From assembly GCA_030539095.1 (NCBI GenBank), contig JAUNST010000001.1:2377-48997 (forward strand): DNA of 46,621 nucleotides, read 5' to 3'. The stretch's first letter is position 1. Every line of letters starts with the position of its first letter. Below the pieces are notes generated by a model that saw nothing but the letters and a program-made list of their open reading frames with translations, did no database searches and was not told the origin of the DNA. Source of the stretch: a bacterium (GTDB lineage: Bacteria; Patescibacteriota; Microgenomatia; UBA1400; PJMF01). Below are positions 24,582-35,253 of the stretch, one piece after another. Position numbers and translations under genes: made by a program.

Positions 24582-24881
24582 ATGAAATTATTCTTAAGTT
24601 TGCTTGCAGCAGGTGTTTTGGCTTTTGGGGCAACCACAGCTCAGGCGGCAGAGACTACCAATAAAATCTGTACCACTGATAGTTATGGTAATCAAAGTTG
24701 TTCTGAATCTACCACCACTAGCACTGCTCAAGAAATTAGTTATGTTTCTGAGGTTAAGGAAGAAACGACTGGTGTAGAAATTTTAAACACCAGCACCCCA
24801 ACGGTTTTTCAAAGTTTGGCTATCGGAAGCGTGGTTTTGGGCGCAGCAGCTTTGGTGCTTAAGAAAAAATTAAACGCTTAA
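24582..24881 (+). CDS. Small secreted protein with a signal peptide and a C-terminal hydrophobic anchor plus basic tail
   Basis: Start moved to the ATG at 24582 (AGGAAA upstream). The sequence is MKLFLSLLAAGVLAFGATTAQA, then a Thr/Ser/Cys-rich region, then LAIGSVVLGAAALVLKKKLNA. Confidence 0.55.
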   Translation: MKLFLSLLAAGVLAFGATTAQAAETTNKICTTDSYGNQSCSESTTTSTAQEISYVSEVKEETTGVEILNTSTPTVFQSLAIGSVVLGAAALVLKKKLNA

Positions 24882-24907
24882 TTTTTTCTTCTATAAAGTT
24901 TGTTTTT

Positions 24908-24932
24908 AAATCCTGCCTATGGCAGGATTTTT
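24908..24932 (+). terminator. Intrinsic terminator
   Basis: aaatcctgcc-tat-ggcaggattt followed by a T run. Confidence 0.7.
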
Positions 24933-24934
24933 CG

Positions 24935-24943
24935 TGCTAAAAT
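24935..24943 (+). promoter_or_regulatory. Extended -10 (TGCTAAAAT) 6 nt before the helicase ATG (leaderless geometry)
   Basis: gtgctaaaat-gcagct-ATG. Confidence 0.45.
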
Positions 24944-24949
24944 GCAGCT

Positions 24950-27900
24950 ATGATTGATAATTCTGCCGCGTATGAAAAAAAGTTTTCAGCTGCTTTGGAA
25001 AAGTTAAATCCTCAGCAAAAACTAGCAGTGGACACTCTGGAAGGACCGGTCTTAGTTTTTGCTGGGCCAGGAACGGGCAAAACTCAAGTTTTAACTTTGC
25101 GAATCGCTAATTTGTTGGCTCAAGGTCTAGCTGAGCCACAAAACATTTTAGCTCTCACTTTCACTAAAGCAGCGGCAGCTAATATGAAAGAACGCCTGGC
25201 TACTTTCGTTGGGCCGATGGCTTATCAAGTAAATATTAATACTTTTCACGGTTTCTGTCAGGACGTTATTGAAGCTCATGGAGAATTTTTTCCGCTTCGG
25301 CATGATAGCCAAGTTTTAGACGAATTAACTCGTTATGAAATTATGGAAAAAATTCTTCTCAGCTTGCCTTTGACAATTTTACAGCCAGCCGGAGATAAAC
25401 TTTATTATTTAAAAAAATTAACCGATAAAATTGACCAACTGAAAAGCGAGAATATTACTCCGGATAAATATCAAGAACTTTTGGAAGCAGAACGACGACG
25501 GGTGGCATCTTTGCAAGAAGCGGAATTAGCTAAAAAACGTCCTAGTCAGAGCAAAATTACTACTTGGCAAAAAACACTTAAAAAACAAGAGGAAATTTTG
25601 CTTGTTTATCAAGCTTATTGTCAAGAATTGCAAAAACAAAATCTTTATGACTACACAGATATGATCTTGTGGACAATTCAAGCTTGGCAAAATAATGCTG
25701 ATTTGTTAGCTGATTATGAGGAGCAATATCAATATCTTTTGGTGGACGAATATCAAGATACTAATAATGCTCAGAGTGAAATTTTGCGCTTGTTAATGGC
25801 GCATTGGCAAGATGAACAGCCAAATATTTTTGTTGTCGGCGATGCGCAGCAATCGATTTATCGTTTCCAAGGAGCTAATTTGGAAAACTTTTTGCGTTTT
25901 CAAAAAGATTATCCGCAAACTCGAGTGATTTCTTTGGATACTGGTTACCGTTGTAGCGATAAAATTTATCAGCTCGCGCATCATTTGATGTGCGACACAG
26001 ATTTAAAAGACGCTGCCACTTTATTGAAAAATTTCGAATGCAGAGCTGGAGAACCAGTCACTCTCACCGCTTGCCAAAGCGCAGATAGCGAAATTATCGA
26101 GATTATTAAACAAATCAAAGATCTACAGAAGACGCAGATTCCTTTGGAAAAAATTGCGGTAATTTTCCGCCAAAATAATGAAGCGGCGCGCTTGCTAGAA
26201 CTTTTTGCTCAATACGGCGTGCCAGTAGAAATTGAAGGTGGAATTGATGTTTTGCAACAAAATATCATTGAGCAACTTTTACAAATTTTGCGTTTTTTGA
26301 CAAATTTCTCCGATCAAGAATCAAACGATTTTCTCTTAGCGCAAATTATCTGGCAACCATGGTTTGATTTGCCAGCCCTACCGTTGATTAAATTGTTGCA
26401 AAAAGCGCAAGCGGAAAGAAGTAGTATTTTTGAGTTGTTATTGAATACTTCTGAGCCAGCTTTGCAAAAATTTGTTCAGCTTTTAGTTACTTGGCAAAAA
26501 AGCGTGCCCACGATGTCTGTGACAGAATTAGTCCAAAAAATTCTTCAAGAAAGCAATTTGTTAACTTGGATTAACGAGCAGCCGAATCGAATTCATTTAC
26601 TTACTTATCTTTATACTTGGCAAAGTACGCTCAGTTATTGGCAGCAACAACAAAAAACACCGTTAACTTTAAATTCGGTTTTGGCCAAAGTCGATTTGAT
26701 GCAGAATCATCATCTAAAAATGATTGCTCAAGACTTGAATGTGCGCGCTGGCGCTGTCAGTTTCACAACGGCTCACAAAGCCAAAGGCAGAGAATGGGAT
26801 TATGTTTTTATCTATGGCTTCGGAGATCATAATTGGCATAAAAAGAAACGTGAGTACTTACCATTGCCTGCTGGTATTTTGCAAGAACAGGATCCGCAAG
26901 AAGACGAAGCGGAAAATCGACGCTTGTTTTTCGTAGCTCTCACTCGCGCCAAAGTGCAAACGCGTATTAGTTGGCATTTAAGTGAAACTGGCGATATGGA
27001 TGTGGCACCAAAATTACCCTCATCTTTTGTTTACCAATTGCAAGAAAAACAAGAAGCTGGTTTAGTTATCGATCGACCTCCGGCATTAACAGCAGAACAA
27101 GCTAATCAAGAGTTGGAGAAATTATTGCAACCACCGGCAGAAATTGATTTTGACTCGCAAGCGCGCGCCTTTTTGCGTCAGCAAGTGCAGAACTTAATTA
27201 TTTCACCTTCTCTTTTGAATGACTATTTAGAAGATCCGCAATTATTTTTGCAACGCTATTTACTGAAAATGCCCAGCGAGCCAATGAAAGTGGAGCGCGA
27301 ATTTGGTAATAGTTTGCACTTAGCTTTGGAAAAATATTACCAACCGCGAACTCAAGGTGGTGACTTTTTGCCTTTGGAGCAAGTGCAACAAATTTTTCAG
27401 GCAGATTTTTCAGTGAAAAATCTGCCTGAAACAGATAGAAAAAATTACTTACAAATCGGTTTGGATTCCTTAACTGAATATGCAAATAATTACCAACCAA
27501 CAGATGCGGAAACTCGCACTTTGGCGGTAGAGAAAAAATTTGGTTATCAAAAGTATTTAACTGTTGACGACGCGCGCCTTGGCGGAAAAATTGACCGTTT
27601 AGATTTACTCACGGATAACTGCGCGCGCGTACTTGACTACAAATCCGGTAAAGCTCAAACTGAAAACGAACTTTTGGGTAAAACTAAAAAAACTACTTTA
27701 AGTGAACGCGAAAAAACTTTGCCGCCGGCTTTGCAAAATAGAACTATGCGCCAATTGCTTTTTTATAAATTATTATGTCAATTGGCGCCAGACTTTCCTT
27801 ACACGATTGAATACGGGGTGATTGATTTTGTGAAAAAAACTGCTAGCAGTAAACCGGTGCGGCGGCAATTTTCTTTGCCAGACGAACAAGTAGAACAATT

Positions 27901-27964
27901 GAAAAAATTAATTAAGGAAGTTTGGCAAGAAATTAAAGACTTGCGATTTTTGGAAAACAATTAA
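24950..27964 (+). CDS. UvrD/PcrA/AddA-type superfamily 1 helicase fused to a C-terminal PD-(D/E)XK (RecB-like) nuclease
   Basis: 1004 aa. Walker A AGPGTGKTQV, motif II LLVDEYQDTN, VGDAQQSIYRFQGA, TAHKAKGREWDYVF. C-terminal LGGKIDRLD...ARVLDYKSGK is a nuclease motif. Confidence 0.85.
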   Translation: MIDNSAAYEKKFSAALEKLNPQQKLAVDTLEGPVLVFAGPGTGKTQVLTLRIANLLAQGLAEPQNILALTFTKAAAANMKERLATFVGPMAYQVNINTFHGFCQDVIEAHGEFFPLRHDSQVLDELTRYEIMEKILLSLPLTILQPAGDKLYYLKKLTDKIDQLKSENITPDKYQELLEAERRRVASLQEAELAKKRPSQSKITTWQKTLKKQEEILLVYQAYCQELQKQNLYDYTDMILWTIQAWQNNADLLADYEEQYQYLLVDEYQDTNNAQSEILRLLMAHWQDEQPNIFVVGDAQQSIYRFQGANLENFLRFQKDYPQTRVISLDTGYRCSDKIYQLAHHLMCDTDLKDAATLLKNFECRAGEPVTLTACQSADSEIIEIIKQIKDLQKTQIPLEKIAVIFRQNNEAARLLELFAQYGVPVEIEGGIDVLQQNIIEQLLQILRFLTNFSDQESNDFLLAQIIWQPWFDLPALPLIKLLQKAQAERSSIFELLLNTSEPALQKFVQLLVTWQKSVPTMSVTELVQKILQESNLLTWINEQPNRIHLLTYLYTWQSTLSYWQQQQKTPLTLNSVLAKVDLMQNHHLKMIAQDLNVRAGAVSFTTAHKAKGREWDYVFIYGFGDHNWHKKKREYLPLPAGILQEQDPQEDEAENRRLFFVALTRAKVQTRISWHLSETGDMDVAPKLPSSFVYQLQEKQEAGLVIDRPPALTAEQANQELEKLLQPPAEIDFDSQARAFLRQQVQNLIISPSLLNDYLEDPQLFLQRYLLKMPSEPMKVEREFGNSLHLALEKYYQPRTQGGDFLPLEQVQQIFQADFSVKNLPETDRKNYLQIGLDSLTEYANNYQPTDAETRTLAVEKKFGYQKYLTVDDARLGGKIDRLDLLTDNCARVLDYKSGKAQTENELLGKTKKTTLSEREKTLPPALQNRTMRQLLFYKLLCQLAPDFPYTIEYGVIDFVKKTASSKPVRRQFSLPDEQVEQLKKLIKEVWQEIKDLRFLENN

Positions 27965-28579
27965 TTACTGAAAAAGTCGAGGTCTACCTAATTTGTAAAA
28001 AAGTTCTGTCGCGCGCACGCCAATTTCTTTAGCAGGCACGCCGGCGACGATAGTTTTACTTTTAACGTTTTTAGTGACAACGGCGCCGGCGGCGACTACC
28101 GCACCTTTACCAATTGTAACCCCTGGTAAAATAATGGCGCGCGGACCAATAAAAACGTAATCTTCAATCACTACTGGTTCCTCGATTGCTTGCCACTCGC
28201 TGCTCCGCAAATCATGCTCGCTCGTCCAGATCATGACTTCGCTCGCAATATCCACGTGATTGCCAATCTTAAGTCCACCGCGAGAATTTTCTAATTGGCG
28301 GCGACCGTCAAGAGTAGCTTTCTCGCCAATCAACGTATCTTTACCAATAATAATATGATGAGGATCGTAAATTCTCGCTTGCATGTGGATCGTTGAGCCG
28401 GTGCCAATCTTCATGCCGTTGAGACGATAAAAAAAACGGCGCCAAGTGTGAAAAGGTAAATTACCCACAAACCACCACAAAAAACCAGTTACAAATTCTA
28501 AATACCAGGCTTGTAAGCGCTTAATAATTTTTTTGCTCAGTTGCTTGGCGGTCAGAACTTGACCATTTTTATCTTGCAT
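27965..28579 (-). CDS. Left-handed beta-helix (hexapeptide repeat) acetyltransferase, WcaF/WbbJ-like
   Basis: The start is placed at the ATG (MQDKNGQ) because the track TTG start at 28612 lies inside a terminator hairpin. Hexapeptide repeats include IGNHVDIASEV, VFIGPRAIILPGVTIGKGAVVAAGAVV. Confidence 0.8.
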   Translation of the reverse strand: MQDKNGQVLTAKQLSKKIIKRLQAWYLEFVTGFLWWFVGNLPFHTWRRFFYRLNGMKIGTGSTIHMQARIYDPHHIIIGKDTLIGEKATLDGRRQLENSRGGLKIGNHVDIASEVMIWTSEHDLRSSEWQAIEEPVVIEDYVFIGPRAIILPGVTIGKGAVVAAGAVVTKNVKSKTIVAGVPAKEIGVRATELFYKLGRPRLFQ

Positions 28580-28593
28580 AAGCTTATTATAAC

Positions 28594-28630
28594 AAAAAAA
28601 GTGATCGCTCAACGAGCGATCACTTTTTTA
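28594..28630 (-). terminator. Bidirectional-looking intrinsic terminator after the DsbA-like gene
   Basis: aaaaaaa-gtgatcgctc-aac-gagcgatcac-tttttt, a 10-bp stem flanked by A/T runs on both sides. Confidence 0.65.
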
Positions 28631-28644
28631 TATTTACTTAAATA

Positions 28645-29733
28645 TTATTCCAAAGTGGTTTCGCAATAGCTACCAGGATTGGTGCTGCTGCAACAAACGA
28701 TTTCTTTGAAAGAATCTGGCACTCGACCACCGAAATCAATATCGGAGACTGATTCTGTACCGTTTACAAAGAAACTTGGTGTACCTTGAATAGCCAAATT
28801 GGTGGCAGCCGTTTGATCAGCTTTAATTGCCGCTAAACCGCTTCCGTCAGCCATACAAGTGTCCACCAAATTGGTGCTCACTCCAGCTGTGCTTTGGCAA
28901 GTTTCTGTTTTGCCGCCGTCAGCCATACAGGCTACGTAGTTCCAGAAAGCAGTGGGATTCTTTTCTCGAATACACACTTGACGCAAGTTTTCTGTGCCGC
29001 TTTCTTCTGAACCCAAGAAAGAAATGACCGTTCCGTCATCTTGAGTGGTACCGGCATAGCGTAAAGTGATATGCTCAGCTAAAGCTGGCACTTGTTTCAC
29101 TGCGGAGGCAATTTCCGTTTCGGCTTGTTTACAATAACCGCAATCGGAAGAAACGTAAACTTCCAAATTTGGATTTTCCGTCTTAGTTACTTCGTCGCAA
29201 CTTAAAGAAGTGCTGCTAGCATTGCTAGTTTGATCACCAGCGGCGCGAATTTCTTCCAAAAGTGTTGGTACCTCTAAACTCATATCACTGAAGAAAAATT
29301 TACCGTCTTTAGTGATAGCAGAAGTGAATTCGTCATCATATTCAGAAAATTTAATCTTAAATTGAAAAAGATCACTCACGTTTTCCAATTTAGAAATATT
29401 TTCTACAGTCATACCGCCACCTAAGCCGGTAATTAGCTCAGAAAGGTATTTATTAATCGCTCTTTTTTGCATGTTTTCTTTAATCATGCCTCCCAAAATA
29501 AAAGCGGCACAAGTTAAAAGAACCGCACCGATGAAAGTGCTCCAAGCAAATTTACTCTCTTTTTTACTCGCAGCTTGAGTTTTTGCTTGTTCTTCTTCCA
29601 TTTTTTTAAGTTCTTTTTTTGCTTCTTCCACGATATCAACTTTTTTTACCGGTTTAGCGGCTGGTTTAGTTGTTTTAGTTTTCGTTGCTGGCTTGGTGCT
29701 GCCAGTTTTTTTCACCTTTTTTTTATCTGCCAT
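28645..29733 (-). CDS. Membrane-anchored thioredoxin-fold thiol:disulfide oxidoreductase (DsbA-like) with a Lys-rich cytoplasmic tail
   Basis: Start at the internal ATG (MADKKKVKK). The tail KKTGSTKPATKTKTTKPAAKPVKK is followed by one TM, a CGYC active site (VYVSSDCGYCKQAE) and IQGTPSFFVNG (cis-Pro loop). There are many further Cys, including a C-terminal CCSS...YC. Confidence 0.65.
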   Translation of the reverse strand: MADKKKVKKTGSTKPATKTKTTKPAAKPVKKVDIVEEAKKELKKMEEEQAKTQAASKKESKFAWSTFIGAVLLTCAAFILGGMIKENMQKRAINKYLSELITGLGGGMTVENISKLENVSDLFQFKIKFSEYDDEFTSAITKDGKFFFSDMSLEVPTLLEEIRAAGDQTSNASSTSLSCDEVTKTENPNLEVYVSSDCGYCKQAETEIASAVKQVPALAEHITLRYAGTTQDDGTVISFLGSEESGTENLRQVCIREKNPTAFWNYVACMADGGKTETCQSTAGVSTNLVDTCMADGSGLAAIKADQTAATNLAIQGTPSFFVNGTESVSDIDFGGRVPDSFKEIVCCSSTNPGSYCETTLE

Positions 29734-29887
29734 AAAAGTGGACTTTCTATAATTTTTAATCTTATTTTTGCGAAAAAATATCAGCAAAACTAATACTGGA
29801 TAATTTATCTCATTTTACGGATTTGTCAAGAGCGAAAAGGAAAAAAGTTTTAACATTCCCTCTATAATTTTTCTTATTTTTTTATTA

Positions 29888-29896
29888 TGTTATAAT
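29888..29896 (+). promoter_or_regulatory. Extended -10 (TGTTATAAT) 6 nt before the ATG at 29903 (leaderless geometry)
   Basis: atgttataat-gaaatt-ATG. Confidence 0.45.
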
Positions 29897-29902
29897 GAAA
29901 TT

Positions 29903-30289
29903 ATGTCGAATGAGAAGAAAGCTCTGCCAACAGAACAAAAAGCTCCTCTTAAGAATTTGGTAATTCTTTGTTTTTTTTGGGGTATCCTTTTTATTACGGC
30001 GCTCACTTTGATTATTAATCTTTTTCAAACGCAATGGCAACAGATGCTAAATACCGTTGGTGCTTATGTACAAAACAATCCTCAGGCAACCGTAGCTAGC
30101 AGTTCGACTGAAGAAAGTACCAATACGTTGACAGTGATCGATGAAGAAATTGCAGCAGAACCAGAAGCTAGCGCTTCTGGTAAACAAAATCTCACTTTTG
30201 ACGCCGCTTTTATTGAAGGTTTATTGGAGGCAATTTCTTCATCGTCGGCTAGTGCGCAAATTGCTAGCGCCAGTGCCGCTCTGCCGTAA
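29903..30289 (+). CDS. Hypothetical single-pass membrane protein with a Ser/Ala/Glu-rich ectodomain
   Basis: 128 aa. TM LVILCFFWGILFITALTLIINLF, followed by low-complexity sequence. Confidence 0.5.
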   Translation: MSNEKKALPTEQKAPLKNLVILCFFWGILFITALTLIINLFQTQWQQMLNTVGAYVQNNPQATVASSSTEESTNTLTVIDEEIAAEPEASASGKQNLTFDAAFIEGLLEAISSSSASAQIASASAALP

Positions 30290-30300
30290 ACTTTTTCCGC

Positions 30301-30329
30301 TTGACGTTTCCAGGGGATTATGTTATAAT
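30301..30329 (+). promoter_or_regulatory. Strong sigma70 promoter TTGACG-17 nt-TATAAT (TG-extended) for the rpsO-rpsL-rpsG-fusA operon
   Basis: ttgacgtttccaggggattatgttataat, followed by an ~80-nt leader and AAGGAAGG before the rpsO ATG. Confidence 0.6.
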
Positions 30330-30410
30330 CGCGCTCTTGTTTATAAAAAATATGGTTACTTGTTCTGGGCGGTTTAGACTGCGCTGAACAGGGAAAAAGG
30401 AAGGAATACC

Positions 30411-30680
30411 ATGGCTTTAACCAAAGACCAAAAATTGGAGATCATTGCCAAGTTTCGTCAAGACGAGCATGACACTGGCTCCCCAGAAGTGCAGACCGCT
30501 TTGCTCACTGCCTCGATTGAACAATTGACTGAGCATTTGAAATCTCATAAAAAAGATAATCATTCGCGTTTAGGCTTGCTTAAACAAGTGGCTAAAAGAC
30601 GACGTTTACTTAACTTCTTGAATCGAGTTGATCAAGAACGTTATCAAAAATTAGTCAAACAACTTAAATTGAGTAAATAA
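30411..30680 (+). CDS. rpsO: 30S ribosomal protein uS15
   Basis: 89 aa. [46 protein letters not shown] is typical uS15. Confidence 0.95.
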   Translation: MALTKDQKLEIIAKFRQDEHDTGSPEVQTALLTASIEQLTEHLKSHKKDNHSRLGLLKQVAKRRRLLNFLNRVDQERYQKLVKQLKLSK

Positions 30681-30687
30681 GGATAGT

Positions 30688-31101
30688 ATGCCAACAATTA
30701 ATCAATTAATCAGAAAAGGCCGTCAAGATAAACCTAAACGTGTTAAGGGTACGGCTTTACGTAAGAGTTTCAATAGCTTAACTAGTAAAACTGTCGGCAC
30801 GAAGAATCCGCAAAAGCGTGGTGTTTGTACTTTGGTGAAAACTATGACTCCAAAGAAACCAAACTCCGCTCTCCGGAAAGTGGCGCGTGTTCGTCTTTCC
30901 AACAAAGTGGAAGTGACTGCTTATATTCAAGGTGAAGGTCACAATCTTTCTGAGCACAGTATTGTCTTAGTGCGTGGTGGTCGGGTGAAAGATCTTCCCG
31001 GTGTTAAATATCATGTGGTTCGTGGCAAGTTTGACTGCGCCGGCGTGGAAAAACGGATGACTTCACGCAGTAAATACGGTGCCAAGAAAGCGAAAAAATA
31101 A
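30688..31101 (+). CDS. rpsL: 30S ribosomal protein uS12
   Basis: 137 aa. [12 protein letters not shown]...[18 protein letters not shown]...[19 protein letters not shown]. Confidence 0.97.
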   Translation: MPTINQLIRKGRQDKPKRVKGTALRKSFNSLTSKTVGTKNPQKRGVCTLVKTMTPKKPNSALRKVARVRLSNKVEVTAYIQGEGHNLSEHSIVLVRGGRVKDLPGVKYHVVRGKFDCAGVEKRMTSRSKYGAKKAKK

Positions 31102-31186
31102 AGTATTAAAGTATTCCTTGTTTTGGCAAGGGAGAAGCCCCGCTCGGCGGGATCTAGAGACACTTTTGTCTTAAGAAAGAAATAAT
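31102..31186 (+). promoter_or_regulatory. Structured rpsL-rpsG intercistronic spacer (possible uS7 translational operator)
   Basis: Three short hairpins: ccttg-ttttgg-caagg, cccgc-tcg-gcggg and agaca-cttt-tgtct. Confidence 0.3.
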
Positions 31187-31663
31187 ATGAGAGCAAAAAA
31201 AGCCCCAGTTAGAACTATTCAACCAGATAGTAAATATAACAGCCCTAAAGTGGCAAAACTAATTAATTATGTGATGGTCGATGGTAAAAAAAGTATTGCT
31301 ACTACTTTGGTTTATCGCACTTTGGATAAAGTAGCCAAAGAAACTGGTAAAAAACCAGTGGAAGTCTTTGAAGAAGTAATCGATTTAATCACTCCAGAAA
31401 TGGAAGTGCGCTCCCGCCGTGTTGGTGGAGCCGCTTATCAAGTACCAATGCCGGTGAAAAGTCATCGCGGCTTTTCTTTAGCTTTGCGTTGGTTAGTTCA
31501 AGAAGCTAATAAACTTCCTAATAAGCAATATCGTTCTTTTGAAGAAAAATTGGCGGCAGAAATGCTCTTAACTCTTAATAATGAGGGTGGCGCGTTGGCT
31601 CGTAAAGAAACTGCGCACAAGGCAGCTGAAGCGAATAAAGCCTTCTCTCATTTCCGTTGGTAA
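31187..31663 (+). CDS. rpsG: 30S ribosomal protein uS7
   Basis: 158 aa. PDSKYNS..V.KLIN.VM.DGKKS...EVRSRRVGGAAYQVP...ANKAFSHFRW. Confidence 0.97.
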   Translation: MRAKKAPVRTIQPDSKYNSPKVAKLINYVMVDGKKSIATTLVYRTLDKVAKETGKKPVEVFEEVIDLITPEMEVRSRRVGGAAYQVPMPVKSHRGFSLALRWLVQEANKLPNKQYRSFEEKLAAEMLLTLNNEGGALARKETAHKAAEANKAFSHFRW

Positions 31664-31700
31664 ACTTCAAATTTCATTAAATCTATAAGGATAAATTTTT

Positions 31701-33854
<2,154 letters not shown>

Positions 33855-33857
33855 TTG

Positions 33858-33927
33858 TGGTATAATCATTGTTCTTAAAGGTAAAAAGTAGTTATTAATT
33901 AAAAAGAAAATCTCGAACTCGAGATAA
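33858..33927 (+). promoter_or_regulatory. Candidate internal promoter(s) for tuf (TGGTATAAT at 33858-33866; GATAAT at 33922-27) around a small hairpin
   Basis: ttgtggtataat directly after the fusA stop. The hairpin atctcg-aact-cgagat lies at 33910-33925. AAGGAAGG precedes the tuf ATG. Confidence 0.35.
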
Positions 33928-33948
33928 TACAAATTAAGGAAGGAAAAT

Positions 33949-35139
33949 ATGGCAGGTAAATACGAACGCAAGAAAACCCATGTCAATATTGGCACCATCG
34001 GTCACGTTGACCACGGTAAAACCACTTTATCGGCGGCTATCACCACCACTTTGGCGAAAAACGTCCCTTCAGACGTCAACAAAGCGATGGGCTACCTCGA
34101 CATTGATAATGCTCCAGAAGAAGCCAAACGTGGGGTAACTATTAATATTTCACACTTGGAATACGAAACCAACAAACGTCACTATGCTCACATTGATGCT
34201 CCAGGTCACGCTGACTACATCAAAAATATGATCACTGGTGCCGCTCAAATGGATGGCGCGATTTTGGTGGTGGCTGCCACTGATGGTCCTATGCCGCAAA
34301 CTCGTGAACACATTCTTTTGGCTGGACAAGTGAACGTGCCGAAGATCGTTGTCGCTTTGAATAAATGCGATATGGTTGACGACGCAGAACTTCTTGATTT
34401 GGTGGAAATGGAAGTGCGAGACCTTTTAACCAAATATGGTTATGATGGTGATAACACTCCAATCATTCGTGTTTCGGCTTTGAAAGCTTTGGAAGGTGAT
34501 GCCGACGCCCAAGCTCAAATCATGAAATTAATGGACACTGTGGATGAATATATTCCTGATCCAAAACGTGATTTAGACAAACCATTCTTGATGCCAATTG
34601 AAGATGTCTTCTCGATTTCTGGTCGCGGCACCGTGGTTACTGGTCGTATTGAGTCTGGTAAAGTTAAGGTTGGCGACGAAGTTGAAATCATTGGCTTGCG
34701 CGACAAACAAAAATCAGTTGTAACTGGCGTAGAAATGTTCCGTAAACAATTGGATGATGGTCAAGCTGGTGACAACGTGGGTATTTTGCTCCGCGGTATT
34801 GAAAAAGACGCTGTGGAACGTGGTCAAGTTTTGGCCAAGCCAGGTACCGTGACCGCTCATACAGATTTCGAAGCCGAAGTTTATATTTTGACTAAAGAAG
34901 AAGGTGGTCGTCACAAACCATTCACTAATGGTTATCGCCCACAATTCTATATCCGCACTACGGATGTAACCGGTGAAATTAAATTGGCCGAAGGCATGGA
35001 AATGATTATGCCTGGTGATAGTGCAACTATCTCCGTCAAATTGATTGCTCCAGTGGCTATGGCAGAAGGTTTACGCTTTGCTATTCGCGAAGGCGGCCAC
35101 ACTGTTGGTGCTGGTGCTATCACCAAAGTCATCAAATAA
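33949..35139 (+). CDS. tuf: Elongation factor Tu
   Basis: 396 aa. [31 protein letters not shown] and a conserved C-terminal beta-barrel sequence. Confidence 0.98.
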   Translation: MAGKYERKKTHVNIGTIGHVDHGKTTLSAAITTTLAKNVPSDVNKAMGYLDIDNAPEEAKRGVTINISHLEYETNKRHYAHIDAPGHADYIKNMITGAAQMDGAILVVAATDGPMPQTREHILLAGQVNVPKIVVALNKCDMVDDAELLDLVEMEVRDLLTKYGYDGDNTPIIRVSALKALEGDADAQAQIMKLMDTVDEYIPDPKRDLDKPFLMPIEDVFSISGRGTVVTGRIESGKVKVGDEVEIIGLRDKQKSVVTGVEMFRKQLDDGQAGDNVGILLRGIEKDAVERGQVLAKPGTVTAHTDFEAEVYILTKEEGGRHKPFTNGYRPQFYIRTTDVTGEIKLAEGMEMIMPGDSATISVKLIAPVAMAEGLRFAIREGGHTVGAGAITKVIK

Positions 35140-35165
35140 ATTTCTTGACTAAAATCAAAAACTTT

Positions 35166-35192
35166 AAAACCCCTGTTTAACAGGGGTTTTTT
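35166..35192 (+). terminator. Intrinsic terminator after tuf
   Basis: aaaacccctg-tttaa-caggggtttttt. Confidence 0.8.
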
Positions 35193-35253
35193 GGGCTTGC
35201 TTTTTCCTTGCGCTTGGTTTAAAATGGATTTACGTTTAAGCGGAATTCTTGTT

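Noticed and set aside
24950-28579. Helicase-nuclease plus neighbouring acetyltransferase as a two-gene defence system
   Set aside because: The genes are convergent, so they are not an operon. The acetyltransferase is a generic hexapeptide sugar/O-acetyltransferase type.
30141-30377. 78-aa plus-strand ORF spanning the end of 29903-30289 and the rpsO promoter
   Set aside because: It is out of frame with a better-supported gene and runs through the TTGACG-17-TATAAT promoter, so it is most likely non-coding.
35191-35253. N-terminal extensions of track ORFs (35191, 37756, 28612, 29787, 38916, 18559, 24507)
   Set aside because: The extended 5' parts overlap upstream terminator hairpins or promoters, or start at non-ATG codons. 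Downstream in-frame ATGs give proper signal peptides or Shine-Dalgarno contexts.
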